A stretch of DNA of 64,000 bases from assembly GCA_030390025.1 (NCBI GenBank), contig CM059432.1, positions 115,074,001-115,138,000 on the forward strand. The letters are read 5' to 3'. The stretch's first letter is position 1. Every line of letters begins with the position of its first letter. Position numbers and translations under genes: made by a program. Under the pieces are notes generated by a model. It ran no database searches and was not told where the DNA came from. It saw only the letters and a list, made by a program, of their open reading frames with translations. Of this stretch, positions 23,173 through 36,360 are shown one piece after another. The DNA is from Squalus acanthias (Eukaryota).

Positions 23173-26100
23173 AAAACATCTAAAAACCAAAAATATAATA
23201 AAGAGTAGTCAGCACAGATTCCAAAAGGGAAGGTAATTCTTGACCAACCTTATTGAATTCTTTGAGGAAGTAACAGAAAGAGTAGATAAGAGTAATGCAG
23301 TAGATGTAATATACTTGGATTTTCAAAAGGCCTTTGATAGTACCCTTGTGACTAAGGTCAGAGCATGTGGAGTCAGGGGACAAGTAGCAGAATGGATAGC
23401 AAGCTGTCTATAAAACAGAAAACAGAAAGTGGGGGTTAAAGGTAGTTACTCAGACTGGTGGAAGGTGGGCAGTGATCTTCCACAGGGATCGGTGCTATAA
23501 TCACTGTTATTCACTATTTACATAAATGAGTTGGACTCGGGAATCGGAAGTACAATTTCAAAATTTGCAGAAAGCACCATATTGAGGGTTATATTTAACA
23601 CTGAGGAAAACTGACACAAAATACAAGATGACATTAAAAACCACATTAATAAACTTGCAGAATGGACGTGTAAATGGCAAATGCATTTCAATATAGATAC
23701 AGATAAGTGTGAGGTGGTGTATTTTGGTAGGAGGAATAAGGAGGCCACCTACTCCTTGGAAATAAGAGTCTAACTGGGGTAGAGAAGCCAAGGGATCTAG
23801 GGCTACAAATTCAAAAATCACTAAAAGCAGCAATGCAGGTTAATAAGGCCATAAAAATGCAAACAAAGCACTGGGATTCATTTATAGAAAAATAGAATTG
23901 AAAAGCAGAGAAGTAATGTTAAACTTATAAAGAGCCTTGGTTGAACCACACATAGAATACTGTGCACAGTTCTGGTCCCCATATTAACATAATAAAACTT
24001 TGAAGGCGTTTGATAGGGTAGACGTAGAAAAGATGTTTCCACTTGTGGGGGAGTCTAAAACTAGAGGTCATAAATGTAGATAGTCACTAATAAATCCAAT
24101 AAGGAATTCAGGAGAAACTTCTTTACACAGAGAGTGGTTAGAATGTGGAACTTGCTTCCACAGGGAGTGGTTGAGGCGACTAGCATAGATACATTTAAGG
24201 GGAAGCTAGATAAGTACATGAGGGAGAAAGGAATAGAAGGATATGGTGATAGAGTTAGGTGAAGTAAGGTGGGAGGAGATTCGTGTGGAGCATGAACACC
24301 GCTACAGACCAGTCAGGCCAAATGGCCTGTTCCTGTGCTATAAATTCTATGCAATTCTATGTATCTGTCGCTGTTCCCTTTCTCTCTGTTAATTTGGCCC
24401 TGTGTCTGTTACTCTCCTTTCTCTCTGCAGTTCCTACATTGTTGTTTTTTCTGTTAGTTTCTTTTCGCCTCAAGTTTCTCTCTAAATCTTTTGCTGCATT
24501 TGTGTTACCCACGCTCTGCTCTACAAGCGAAGACATTGGAGTACAATTGCTACAATGTGCTTCGTCCCATCAGGGGGCCATCAAGTATTCAGTTCCACAC
24601 GTATCACTTTCCACCCTCAGAATTATAAGGTGAAAATAATCATCTCTCAGCAGTAGGAATGATAGGTTATGCAAACACTAGAACCGTAAATGAAAACTAG
24701 TACTCTCATAACTATCTACAAATCCAAACCATGTGGATGTTTCCTTGGCCTTTGATGATATCTTTGAGCAGAATTGACAATTGGGTCAGCTGGGTCTAAT
24801 GACAGGAGCAGTAGATGGTAACTCTCTAGGTTCGGTTTCAACACTGTCAGGGTTCACAAGTTTCTTCAGAGACATTCCTAAAGATTTTAAAACAGAATCA
24901 AAAGCATGAACAACGTCCTGGGAGGTGGTTGGTTTCTTACACATGGGAGTAGTCGAAACATCTGAAGCTTTTTGGGGAGCTGTAACAACTATTTCCTTAG
25001 GTGGAATTGATGATAGGTCACAAGCAATGTTATCATTTGGTACATCAGAGGCAATAGATCAATGCAGTTCTCGTAATTGATCCTTATGATGCTTCCACAG
25101 CAAACTATCCACCAAAACTGAAAACGTAACCACTCCAATTTTCTGTTACATAACACCAACACTCGATTTCTGTTGGAACGTGAAAATGAAGACAAAATAC
25201 TCTTTCTCCCGCGCGATACTGCTTTGAAATTGGCGATCCAGCATTGCGAAGTTTTCTCCTGGACACTGATGTTGCCGAGTCAGGTTTAAAAATATCAAGA
25301 CAAGTATGAAACTTTCTTCCTGTGAATAACTCATCAGGTGTCATCACGGTAACAGTAACAGTATGAGGCATTGTACGGTAACACAAAAGAAATACACCTA
25401 ATTTCTGATGCATGGTGCCAGGTGTCACAGCTTCTTTAGCGCAGCTTTGAATATGCGTTACAACGCTCTCAATTTCCCTATTTGACTGTGGGTGTCTGGG
25501 TGGAGATGTGATATGAGACACACCAGTCTTACTCAAAAATTGCGCAAAATCCTAAGACTGAAAACGTGGTTCATTGTCATAAACTAGTACTACAGGAAGT
25601 CCATATCAGGCAAACAAATACCTTAACATGTCAATCATTGCCATTGCATCCGTTGATGACTTCGGAACCACTTCAAGCCATTTGGAATGAAAATAAGCAA
25701 AAATTTCTGTGTCTTAACGCTCGGCAAAATCAACATTAATTTGCCACCATGGTTTTGTTGCCCATTGTCAAGTATTAGCTTCCGCAGGGTTTACAGGCAA
25801 GTTGATTTGATAGGCTTGACATTCATGAACAACATCTTCTTGGCAAGGTCACCACATAGTGTAATTTATTCTTACTATACCAGGAAGTAATTCCTGGATC
25901 ACACAGATTCGGAGTTTATGTGAAATAACCCAAAGTCTGCAAAGCAAACACCTGTCTTCGATCAACAATTCATCTCAATGTCTACCGTATAATCACAGTT
26001 CTGCTGGCAAACTCAATCATCAGTCCAGCCATTCACAATATAGTACAGAACACAGGATAGTAGCGGGTCGTGTGTTATAACATTGAACATAACGTAATGG

Positions 26101-27438
26101 GTCACTGAACGTAATGGGAAGGGAGTTCAGCTGCTCAGTAAACAAATTTTTGATGGATAAATTTTCAGTTGTACGTAACCCTAGCGGGGAGATCAAAAAG
26201 TCAGCAATGGCATTCAATTTCGATGGTTTAAAGTTGATGTCATACCGGTAAACTGATAATTGAATAGCCCATCTCAACTGAAGCTAAAACAGGTGTTCCT
26301 CGATTCTCACAGAATATGAAAGCTAACGGCTTATGATCAGTATACAGAACGAACATCCAAAGAGGTATGTGTGAAATTTCTTCACTACAAATATTATTGC
26401 AAGGGCTTCGTGTTTGATCTATGAATAATTGGTCTCGCAGGGGAGTTAGGATACGGGGATGAGCGCCATCAGTTGTTCGGATCCATCAGGAGACCATTCA
26501 GAAATCATAGCTCCTGCACCCACTGAAGACGAATTAACTGATAAAATCAACGGCCAATTAGGATCATATTGTGCACTTGCTATTAAAGTTTTCAACCATT
26601 CAAAACTACTTTGACAGTCTTTCGAGCACTTTCACTTTACGTTTTTACGAAGTTTCAACGAGTATATGACCATCAACATGTTTGAAACAAAGTTAACAAC
26701 TGACTAGACCCAGAAATGACTGCAACTCTTCCACATTCATTGGAGCTGGTGCAGAAGTCACTGCTTCAGCCTTCTTCTTTAATGGTTGAATTCTAAAGTT
26801 ATTAACAATGAAAGAAAAATACTCAACAGAGTATTGCAACAGCGAGCATTTGAACTTCTTTAATCAGAGATCATATTCGTGTAAAAGCTTGAAAACTGCT
26901 TCAAACTTTTGCAGATGTTCTTCCCCTGATCTTCCAGTGACCAGCAGATCATCCACGATACACGGAGGTTGTTGGAGACTGTCTAAAATTGTCTCCATGG
27001 TTTTCTGAAATATGGCTGGAGCAGATGCAATATCAAAATTATAACAATAAAGTAATTGATGTGTATTTTTCATTGTCAAATTCCAACTTTCTTCAGCTAG
27101 CTTCAATTGCAAGTAAGGCTGGGAAAGATCCAATTTAAAAAATTGTTGCCCACCACTGAGATTGGCGAACAAGTCTTCAGCCCTGGGCAGGAGATATTCA
27201 TGAACAATTAAACTAAGGTTCACATCGATACGATAGTCATCACAAATTCTTATACCACCTTCAGGTTTTACTACAGGCATGCCCGGATGCTGCAGTCGAT
27301 TTTCTCAATTATGCCCTCATGCTCCATGCAATCTAAATCCACTGATATCCTTTCCTTTAGAGCATAGGGTTCCTTTAAGCTCTGGGCTTAAAAATGTTGG
27401 TATCGCCCCCTCCTTCACATTAAGGTGTACCTGGATAC

Positions 27439-27579
27439 CAATGTTCCCTCTAAGCTGCCCGGCTGTGCAGCTCTCTGCCGGTCCCGCGCAGCCCGGGACC
27501 AGCTTTTCCAATGTTAAATTTCACACGTGTGAAACTGTGAAGGGGCCGGGCACCCAACTAAAAATTAGGGGGAACACTG
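27439..27579. mobile_element. hAT-type MITE (141 bp)
   Basis: TIR caatgttccctctaa/ttagggggaacactg; perfect 8-bp TSD CTGGATAC. Confidence 0.9.
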
Positions 27580-28519
27580 CTGGATACCTTTTGCTGTACC
27601 AAGTTTCTGACTGAATAATGACTTGTAATCTTCCATGAGTATACCTGTGGGTCTTTGAGTGGTGATAGTCATACTACTGGCCCAGTTTAACTTCAGGCTA
27701 CAAAACCAATCTCAACCCATCAATGAGGAACCTTTACTTTAACGACAATTACAGACAATTGTTTCAGCTGGTTTTCGTACTTTATTTGGACATTTGTTTT
27801 CTCAAGGACTAGCAATAGGTGTACAGAATAACTTTTCAGTAAAATGTTGTTTATTTGTAGGGCAATTTTCTGAAACCTTTTGTCACATATTTTTGATGAT
27901 ATAGTTATCTCAGTCCCAGAGTCCAATTCAAATTTACAATTTTGAATACCTTACGGGGACCATCATTTTGCATTGCCCTTTTCCTGTTATGGAATATACG
28001 GGAAAACACATCTCTTCCTCATCTGTATAACTTGTGGTATGCTTTCTTCTTCAGGTTCCTCATCGGAATCAACATAATGGACATTGGATTTTTGTCTTTT
28101 CATCTCTTGAGTCCCTACAGCACTATGATATGCCTTCGCCCTGCCTCTAATCTTGCAGCACCTAATGACTTCCAGCAACACTCAGCTAAATGGGCCAATT
28201 CCATGCAGTTATCACATATAACATATGTATTCTTACAAAAACATTGGTCTGGACGATGATTATTTTTACCACATCTCCAACATGGTTCAGCCACTCTGTA
28301 GCTACTGAACCCAATGGCAAGTAACTCGCTCGCATGCCTGGCAGCAGGCTCCATCCCAAATACGATTTTGAGAGCTCAAGCAGACGCGAGTCTGCCTTCT
28401 ACCAATAGTTTCCGCTGAATCAACGTTTCCTTCAAACCGCAGACAAAGTGGTCTTTTGTTACATCGTCGAGAAACCCGCCAAAGTCACATGTTTCGGCAG
28501 TTTCCTCAGTTCTGCCACA

Positions 28520-28845
28520 AACAACAACAACTTGCATTTATATAGTGCTTTTAATATAGTAAAATATCCCAAGGTGCTGCATAGGAAAGTTATCAGATAA
28601 GATTTGGCAGCGAGCCACATAAGGAGATATTAGGACAGGTGTACAAAAGCTTGGTCAAAGAGGTAGGTTTTAAGAAGAATCTTAAAGGAGGAAAGAGAGG
28701 TGAAGAGGTGGAGAGGTTTAGGGAGGGAATTCCAGAGCTTAGGACAGCCGAAGGCACGGCCGCCAATGGTGGAGTGATGGAAATCAGGGATGCTCAATAG
28801 GCCAGAATTGGAGGAGCACAGATTTCTCGGAGGGTTGTAGGGCAA
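28520..28845 (-). mobile_element. L2 LINE 3' fragment inside Gypsy gag
   Basis: Same tail as 18083-18270. Confidence 0.85.
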
Positions 28846-29274
28846 ACTGAGAAACATTTTCATCATCCCTTTACCTCCTCTGGTTAAACTTGAACCATTC
28901 TACAATAACAAGTGGCTTCAGGCTCAGATATTCTTTAACCACGTGGACCAACTCATACTTTTGTCTTTAAACAGGGCAGGAGCAAACAGATTCTTAATCA
29001 ATGCATATATTGCAGGTCTGCAGATAGAAACTGCTCTCTTTTTCGCACCTATTGCAAGCTAATTTGCCTCAAAATAGTCTTTCTATATACTCACTCCAGG
29101 TCGACCCCATTCGTTATTCTCTTATTTTTCGAACTAATGTAAAATTTAAATGACAGGGTAGGCCAAAACCTAAGTAACGAAATGTCCAATATTCAATTTT
29201 TTAACAATGTGCTGTCCATTATCCTTATCGCCACTTTTACGTCCAAAGAAACACTCATATTGATGGTAATATTA

Positions 29275-31177
29275 TATAGAATTTACAGCACAGAAACAGG
29301 CCATTCGGCCCAACTGGACTATACCAGTGATTAAGCTTCACACGAGCCTCCTCCCAATCTACTTCATCTAACCCTATCTGCAGATTCATCCATTACTTTC
29401 TCCATCATGTACTTATCAAGTTTCCCCTTAAAGGCATCTATGCTATTAGCCTCAACAACCCCATGGGGTAGCAAGTTCCATGTTCTAATCACTTTGGGTA
29501 AAGAAGTTTCTCCTGAATTCTTTATTGGCTTTATTAGTGACTTTCTTATATTTATAGCCCCTAGTTTTGGAATCGCCCACAAGCGGAAATATTTTCTCTA
29601 CTTCTTATCAAAGTCACAAATGACATCCTATGTGACTCTGGTAAACTATCCCTCCTTGTCCTTCTCGATCTGTCTGCCGCCTTTGACATGGTTGACCACT
29701 CCATCCTCCTCCAACACCTCTCTTGTCATCCAGCTGGGTGGGACTGCATTTGTCTGGTTCCATTCTTATCTATTCAGTCATAGTCAGCGAATCACCTGCA
29801 ATGGCTTCTCTTCCCACTCCTGCACTGTTACCCCTGGTGTGCCCCAAGGATCTATCCTTGGTCCCTTCCTACTTCTCATCTACATGCTGCCCCTCGGCGA
29901 CATCATCCAAAAACACATCACGTTCCTGGTGCACGACACCCAGTTCTACCTCACCAGCACCTCTCTCGAACCTTCCACTGTCTTTAATTTGTCGCGCTGC
30001 TTGTCCGACATCCAGTACTGGATAGGCAGAAATTTCCTTCAACTAAATATTGGGAAGACCAAAACCATTGTCTTCGGTCTCCACCATAAACTCTGTTCCC
30101 TAGCCACTGACTCCATTGCTCTCCCTGGCAACTATCTGAGGCTGAACTGGACCGTTCGCAACATTGGTGTCGTATTTGACCCTGAAATGAGCTTCCGACC
30201 ACATATGCTCCATCACTGCCTACTTCCACCTCCGTAACATCGGCCAATTCCGCCTCTTGCCTCAGCTTATCAGCTGCTGAAACCCTCATCCATGCCTTTG
30301 TTACCTCTAGACTTGATTATTCCAATGCTCTCCTGGCTGGCCTCCCATCTTCCACCCTCCATAAACTTGATCTCATCCAAAACTCGGCTGCCTATGTCCT
30401 AGCTCGCACCAAGTCCCGTTCATCCATCACCCCTGTGCTCGCTAATCTATATTAGCTCCTGGTCCGGCAACGCCTCAATTTAAAAATTCTCATCCTTGTT
30501 TTCAAATCCCTCCATGGCCTTGCCCCTCCCTATCTCTGTAATCTCCTCCAGCCCCACAACCCTCCGAGATCTCTGTGCTCCTCTAATTCTGACTTCCTCC
30601 GCATCGCTGACTTTAATCGCTCCACCACTGGTGGCCATGCCTTCAGCTGCCCAGGCTCCAAGCTCCAGAATTCCGTCCCCAAACTCCTCTGCCTCTCCAC
30701 CTATCCCTCCTCCTCCAAGATGCTCCCCAAAACCTACCTCTCTGACCAAGCCCCTGGCTACCCGTCCCAACATCTCCTCACGGTGTCAAATTCCATTCGA
30801 CAATGCTCCTGTGAACCGCCTTGGGACATTCGACTACATTAAAGGCGCTATACAAATGCATATTGTTGTTGTCGTCTACCCTATCAAACCCCTTCATAAT
30901 TTTAAAGATCTCTATCAGGTCACCCCTCAGCCTTCTCTTTTCCAGAGAAAAGAGCCTCAGCCTCGTCACTCTTTCCTGATAGTTATAACCTCTCAGTTCT
31001 GCTTTCATCCTTGTAAATCTTTTTTGCACCTTCTATAGTGCCTCCATATCCCTTTTTGTAATATGGAGACCAAAACTGTGCACAGTACTCCAAGTACGGT
31101 CTAACCAAGGTTCTATACAAGTTTAACGTAATTTCCCTGCTTTTCAATTCTATTCCTCTAAAAATGAACCTCAGTGC
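29275..31177 (-). mobile_element. CR1 3' fragment split by an L2 insertion
   Basis: Reverse-complement CR1 tail at 29275-29600; RT C-terminal part at 30876-31177. Confidence 0.85.
29605..30875 (+). mobile_element. 5'-truncated L2 LINE
   Basis: GVPQGSILGP, DTQFY, NFLQLNIGKTK, SRLDYSNALL; (TTG)n tail. Confidence 0.9.
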
Positions 31178-33439
31178 TTTCCAGACCCTGTGTGTTCAAC
31201 ATGTGATAACTTTAGCTTGTGATATGGTTGAGAAACTGTCATGGTGGCAGTATGCCACAAGAGATTTTTTTTGGCAGAATGTAAATGGTCATTTTTGCCA
31301 CTGAACCAATCAGAATTGACATTAAAAAAGAGGTTAGTAGGACTTCATTGGTCCTTGTGATATTGTTCTGAGATCTGATTGGTTCAATGGATAAATTGAA
31401 GAAACAGTAATCTGCAATATGATCGGTTGAAGTTCTGGATGCCATTGGTTGAAGGAACCAAGTACTCTGGCACTGTGATCCAATTGATGGAATTCTACAA
31501 AATTGCATTCATATAGACACTGTATGTTAAAATAATATATATATAATATAGATAGATAAAATAATTCAGAAGTGACGTATGATACTTCTCTTTTCATGCA
31601 CTTTCATTTTTCCATTTAGTTACCACATTCAAATAAAAGGTTTAGAACCAATCAGAAATAGACAGATTTACCTCTTCAACTGTCTCCATATGATAACTTC
31701 CCATCTGTTTTTTGCAGCGCTGCTACTAAAGATTGACATGCCTCAATTACAACTGGACAAACAGTCCCACAAACACAGCAAGTATATGCTCAATATAAAA
31801 AGATCAGTAACCAAGCACATCTCCGCTCATTCTAGCACACCAACACTATTCTGACTATTTACATTTGAGTTTCAGCTGCTCTTTTGACTCAACAGCATTC
31901 TTATTCCTTGATTGAAAGCAGGGCCGAGAATTCTGCGGAATGCATTTCCACACAAACCTTTACCCAAATGCAAGTCATGAATCCTAGCAGTAGGCCAGCA
32001 TCATGGAGGATTTTACTCTGCATATTGTTTAGGTTACTCTGACTAACAAAAATCCAGCAAGGATATTTTAAAATTGAAACACTAAAGGGTTATAGTTCCC
32101 CCTGCGCTATTGTTTTTATTTTAAATAGGTTAACAATTGGGTTAGAATAGTGCAGGCTGAAATATAACATGAACACTTTAAGCAGTGCACTAAAGATTAT
32201 GCACAACAGAAATTAAATCCTAGAGAAGCGATCAGCTGTTACCCGAAAGACACAGATTTTCTTCTTTGCTTTTCTATCTGTCCACTCACCATGTACCACT
32301 AAAAGAATCAATTGGTATCCCTCTCCCTGCGACATCTTGCACAGCCCACAGTACCTCTTCCTGTGTGGCAGCAAATTTTGTATCACACGGTTTTCTACAC
32401 TCCCTTCAAGCAATGAGCTGGCCCGATGCTTCACCATGAGTTTATAGTGTGGTGTTCAAGAGCAGTTTGTATCAGCAAGAGGTTGTTGTGCCTCTCAACC
32501 TACAGATAATGGTATGGTTAAGACAACTCATTAAAAATTACACATCTCTGCACAGCAGTCCATCAATAATTACAACACTTTGCACAGGCAGCTTTGTGCC
32601 ATAAAAGAGAAACATAACCACTTCCTGTTATTATTGAAAGATTTATTTGAGACACCAAAGGTTGAGAAACACTGCTAATCACCCAGCTGGGAATGAAAAG
32701 CAAAACTCAAAATATTTGCCAGAGACAGAAAACCAAATCATGTTTTCTACTTCTCTCTGTTGCTAGTTATGTCTTCATTATTTATAGATGCAAGCACTGG
32801 TTTCCAGCCACTAAGGTTGAATCCAAATGATTAAATATGTATGACACTCCCTACTGTGCTACAAAGGCCCAACTGTGCTCAAAGAATTGTAAGTGTTCTG
32901 TTATACACCTCAACTCAAACAGAGGGCTTCGCTCACTAAATTTGATTCTGTACATCAATGAGACTATTAGGTGCTGTCCTTCATTTAGCTCCAGCATTAA
33001 AGACATGAAACAAAATTTAACCCAAAGACCCGATTAGTAGGATTGTAGTTCAACTGTGACTTCCAACTGACCACCAAAATAAAATTACAGCCAAGATTAT
33101 TGCACCACCATCCAGACTGATTAATTAAAATAATGTTCCCAGGGTCATGTGACAGTTAGAGAAAGCATGTAGTAAATCTTCATGCTGCTTTTTAACATGC
33201 TGTATTTCAAGCTGATAGCAAATAGACAAAGTTATTTTAGTAAGCTATGAGCAACAGACAACTTAATTAGCTGAAATGCTGGCTGAACATCAAACACAGA
33301 CATTTGACTTAGTTTAAAGGGGCATCTGTCTGCATGAAAAAGTGTTCAGTAAATCTTTTTTCAATAATTTGCTTTGACATCATCATAACATGCACTTCTA
33401 CATGAGATTATTGTGACAAAGATGACACACAGCTCTTGT

Positions 33440-35325
33440 TGGTGATTGTAATGCCGTTGAATGTCAAGGGGTGGTGGTTAGACTCTCGCTTCTTGGAGAT
33501 AGTCATTGCCTGGCACTTGTGTGGTGCGAATGTTACTTGCCACTTATCAGCCCAAGCCTGAATGTCGTCCAGGTCTTGCTGCATGCGGGCATGGACTGCT
33601 TCATTATCTGAGGAGTTGCAAATGGAACTGAACGCTGTGCAATCATCAGCAAACATCCCCACTTCTAACCTTATGATGGAGGGAAGGTCATTGATGGAGC
33701 AGCTGAAGATGGTTGGGCCTAGGACATGGCCCTGAGGAACTCCTGCAGCGATGTCCTAGATTGTGGTGAATGGCCTCCAACAACCACAACCATCTTCTTT
33801 TATAAGAACATAAGAACATAAGAACTAGGAGCAGGAGTAGGCCAATCGGCCCTTCGAGCCTGCTCCGCCATTCAATAAGATCATGGCTGATCTGATCCTC
33901 AAATCTAAAGAACACAAGAAGTAGGAGCAGGACCCGGCCACTCAGCCCCTGGGCCCGCTACGCCACCCACAGGGCCTCGACCGATCCGAACTCAGCCTCA
34001 TGTCCAATTTCCTGCCCGCTCCCCGTAACCCCTAATTCCCTTTACTTCTAGGAAACTGTCTATTTCTGTTTTAAATTTATTTAATGATGTAGCTTCCACA
34101 GCTTCCTGGGGCAGCAAATTCCACAGACCTACTACCCTCTGAATGAAGAAGTTTCTCCTCATCTCAGTTTTGAAAGAGCAGCCCCTTATTCTAAGATTAT
34201 GCCCCCTAGTTCTAGTTTCACCCATCCTTGGGAACATCCTTACCGCATCCACCCGATCAAGCCCCTTCACAATCTTATATGTTTCAATAAGATCGCCTCT
34301 CATTCTTCTGAACTCCAATGAGTAGAGTCCCAATCTACTCAACCTCTCCTCGTATGTCCACCCCCTCATCCCGGGGATTAACCGAGTGAACCTTCTTTGT
34401 ACTGCCTCGAGAGCAAGTATGTCTTTTCTTAAGTATGGACACCAAAACTGTATGCAGTATTCCAGATGTGGTCTCACCAATACCTTATATAACTGCAGCA
34501 ATACCTCCCTGTTTTTATAATCTATCCCCTAGCAATAAAAGCCAACATTCCGTTGGCCTTCTTGATCACCTGCTGCACCTGCATACTAACTTTTTGATTT
34601 TCTTGCACTAGGACCCCCAGATCCTTTGTACTGCAGTACTTTCCAGTTTCTCGCCATTAAGATAATAACTTGCTCTCTGATTTTTCCTGCCAAAGTGCAT
34701 AACCTCACATTTTCCAATATTGTATTGCATCTGCCAAATCTCTGCCCACTCACCCAGCTTGTCTATATCCCCTTGTAGGTTTTTTATGTCCTCCTCACTT
34801 TCTACTTTCCCTCCCATCTTTTGTATCAGCTATGACTCCAGCCACTGGAGAGTTTACCCCTAATTTCCATTGACATGAGCTTTACAAGGTCTCCTTGGTG
34901 CCACATCCGATCGAATGCTGCCTTGAAGTCAAGGGCAGTCAGTCTCATCTCACCTCTGGAATTCTGCTCTTGTGCCAATGGTTAGACCAAGGCTGTAATG
35001 AGTTATGGAGCAGAGTAGTCCTGGCGGAACCTAAACTGAGCATCAGTGAACATGTTATTGGTGAGTAAGTGCCGGTTAATAGAAGTGTTGGCGACTCCTT
35101 CCATCATTTTGTTGATAGGGTGGTAATTGGACGGGTTGGATTTGTCTAGCTTTTTGAAGACCGGACATGCCTGGGCAATTTTCCACATTGTCGGCTAGAT
35201 GCCAGTGTTGTAGCTGTACTGAGACAGCTTAGCTGGGGGCCCGGCTCCAGTTCTGGAGCACAGTTCTGTAGCACTACAGCCAGGATATTGTTGGGGCCCA
35301 TAGCCTTTGCTGTGTCAGGTACACT
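33440..35325 (-). mobile_element. LINE RT fragment (same family as 57385-60435) split by CR1
   Basis: MFADDCT, WADKWQVTFAPHKCQ. Confidence 0.85.
33803..34822 (-). mobile_element. CR1 3' fragment with doubled 3' UTR
   Basis: [13 protein letters not shown]...GYGERAGNWT* followed by two UTR modules. Confidence 0.9.
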
Positions 35326-35329
35326 CTAC

Positions 35330-35830
35330 GTTGTACGCTCTGTAAGGCCCTGACATCCTTTGTGGAATGGGGCTCCAAAAACAGAACAGTACACCAACTG
35401 TGGCTTAGACAAAGCATCATATAAATTTATTAATTCTTTAATCCTGTAAGATATTCTCCTATTTAGAAAGCCTAAAATGCTGTTGAGCTTTTTTTTATGT
35501 CTACCTGTACTTGCACTTTCAAAGAATTATGTATTTGAACCCCTAGGTCTTTCTATTCAGCGCCTTTCTTTCAAGGGTATAATCCCATTCTATGTTTTAC
35601 CTCTCGAAATATATTACCTCACACTTATCCACATTAAATTACATCTTCTAACATTATCTTCCTGAAGTCTTTTATCATCCTTCTCACTCTCTCCTGAACC
35701 CTAACCCCCCACCCCCCCAACTTTGTGTTATCAACAAAGTTTGAGACTGTGCTTTGTTTGCCTATGTCCAAATCATCTACAAATGCCCAGAACAAAAGTG
35801 GACCCAGCACCGACTCCTGGGGTACACCAC
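35330..35830 (-). mobile_element. Old CR1-like RT relic
   Basis: Reverse complement of the degraded GVPQESVLGP region. Confidence 0.55.
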
Positions 35831-36360
35831 TCCCAAGAAAAGGCCAAACAGCACATTAATCCATTCCCTCCGGTACAATTCACTCGGTCATGGATTGTAC
35901 CCAACCCACTTAGTCTCCTGAGGGAGTTTACCACCAAAAAGATTCATCTCTGAAATTTCTCCCTGAACCCTCAATACTCCATATTATTTACACAACTTAC
36001 TACTTTGATAAGTTGTATTGCACAGTAGTTAATCACAGAAATTTACTGCACAGAAGGAGGCCATTTGACCCATTGGGCTCGATTTTATCATTGGTGGCGG
36101 GTTGGGTGTGGGTCAGGTGGTCGGCGGGTCCCGATCCCGCCTCCGCTGTCGGGCGGGAAAAAATTGCGATTTTGCCCTAATTGGGCAATTGATTCCCAGC
36201 GTGTGCGAACCCCTGGCGCAATTAGTTTTTTGGGCCTGAAACTCATCTCCGATGATGTCATTTCTTCAGCTGCATTTAAGGGCTCCAAGCAGCCTTGGTT
36301 CATTTAGTACCTAAACACTTGTGTTTGCTTCTGTTGAAAATAGTTTTTGGAGCTATTGCA

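Larger units (their letters stand above)
17245..24362 (+). mobile_element. Near full-length decayed CR1 (ORF1 remnant, APE, RT, tail) hosting nested insertions
   Basis: APE and RT motifs resume after each insertion (18272, about 20600, about 23172); ends in an (ATTCTATG)-like tail. Confidence 0.8.
24620..29235 (-). mobile_element. Gypsy/Ty3 LTR retrotransposon internal region, highly decayed
   Basis: Order gag (two CCHC knuckles, CWRCGKNNH), protease (DSG), RT (KLDLSQPYLQ, IVDDLLV), RNase H, integrase (SPPRHPQSN); PBS-like TGGCGATAAGGA at 29233-29222. Confidence 0.88.

Noticed and set aside
32290..32499. Selenoprotein exon (in-frame TGA)
   Set aside because: A TAG follows 12 codons later and there is no recognisable homology.
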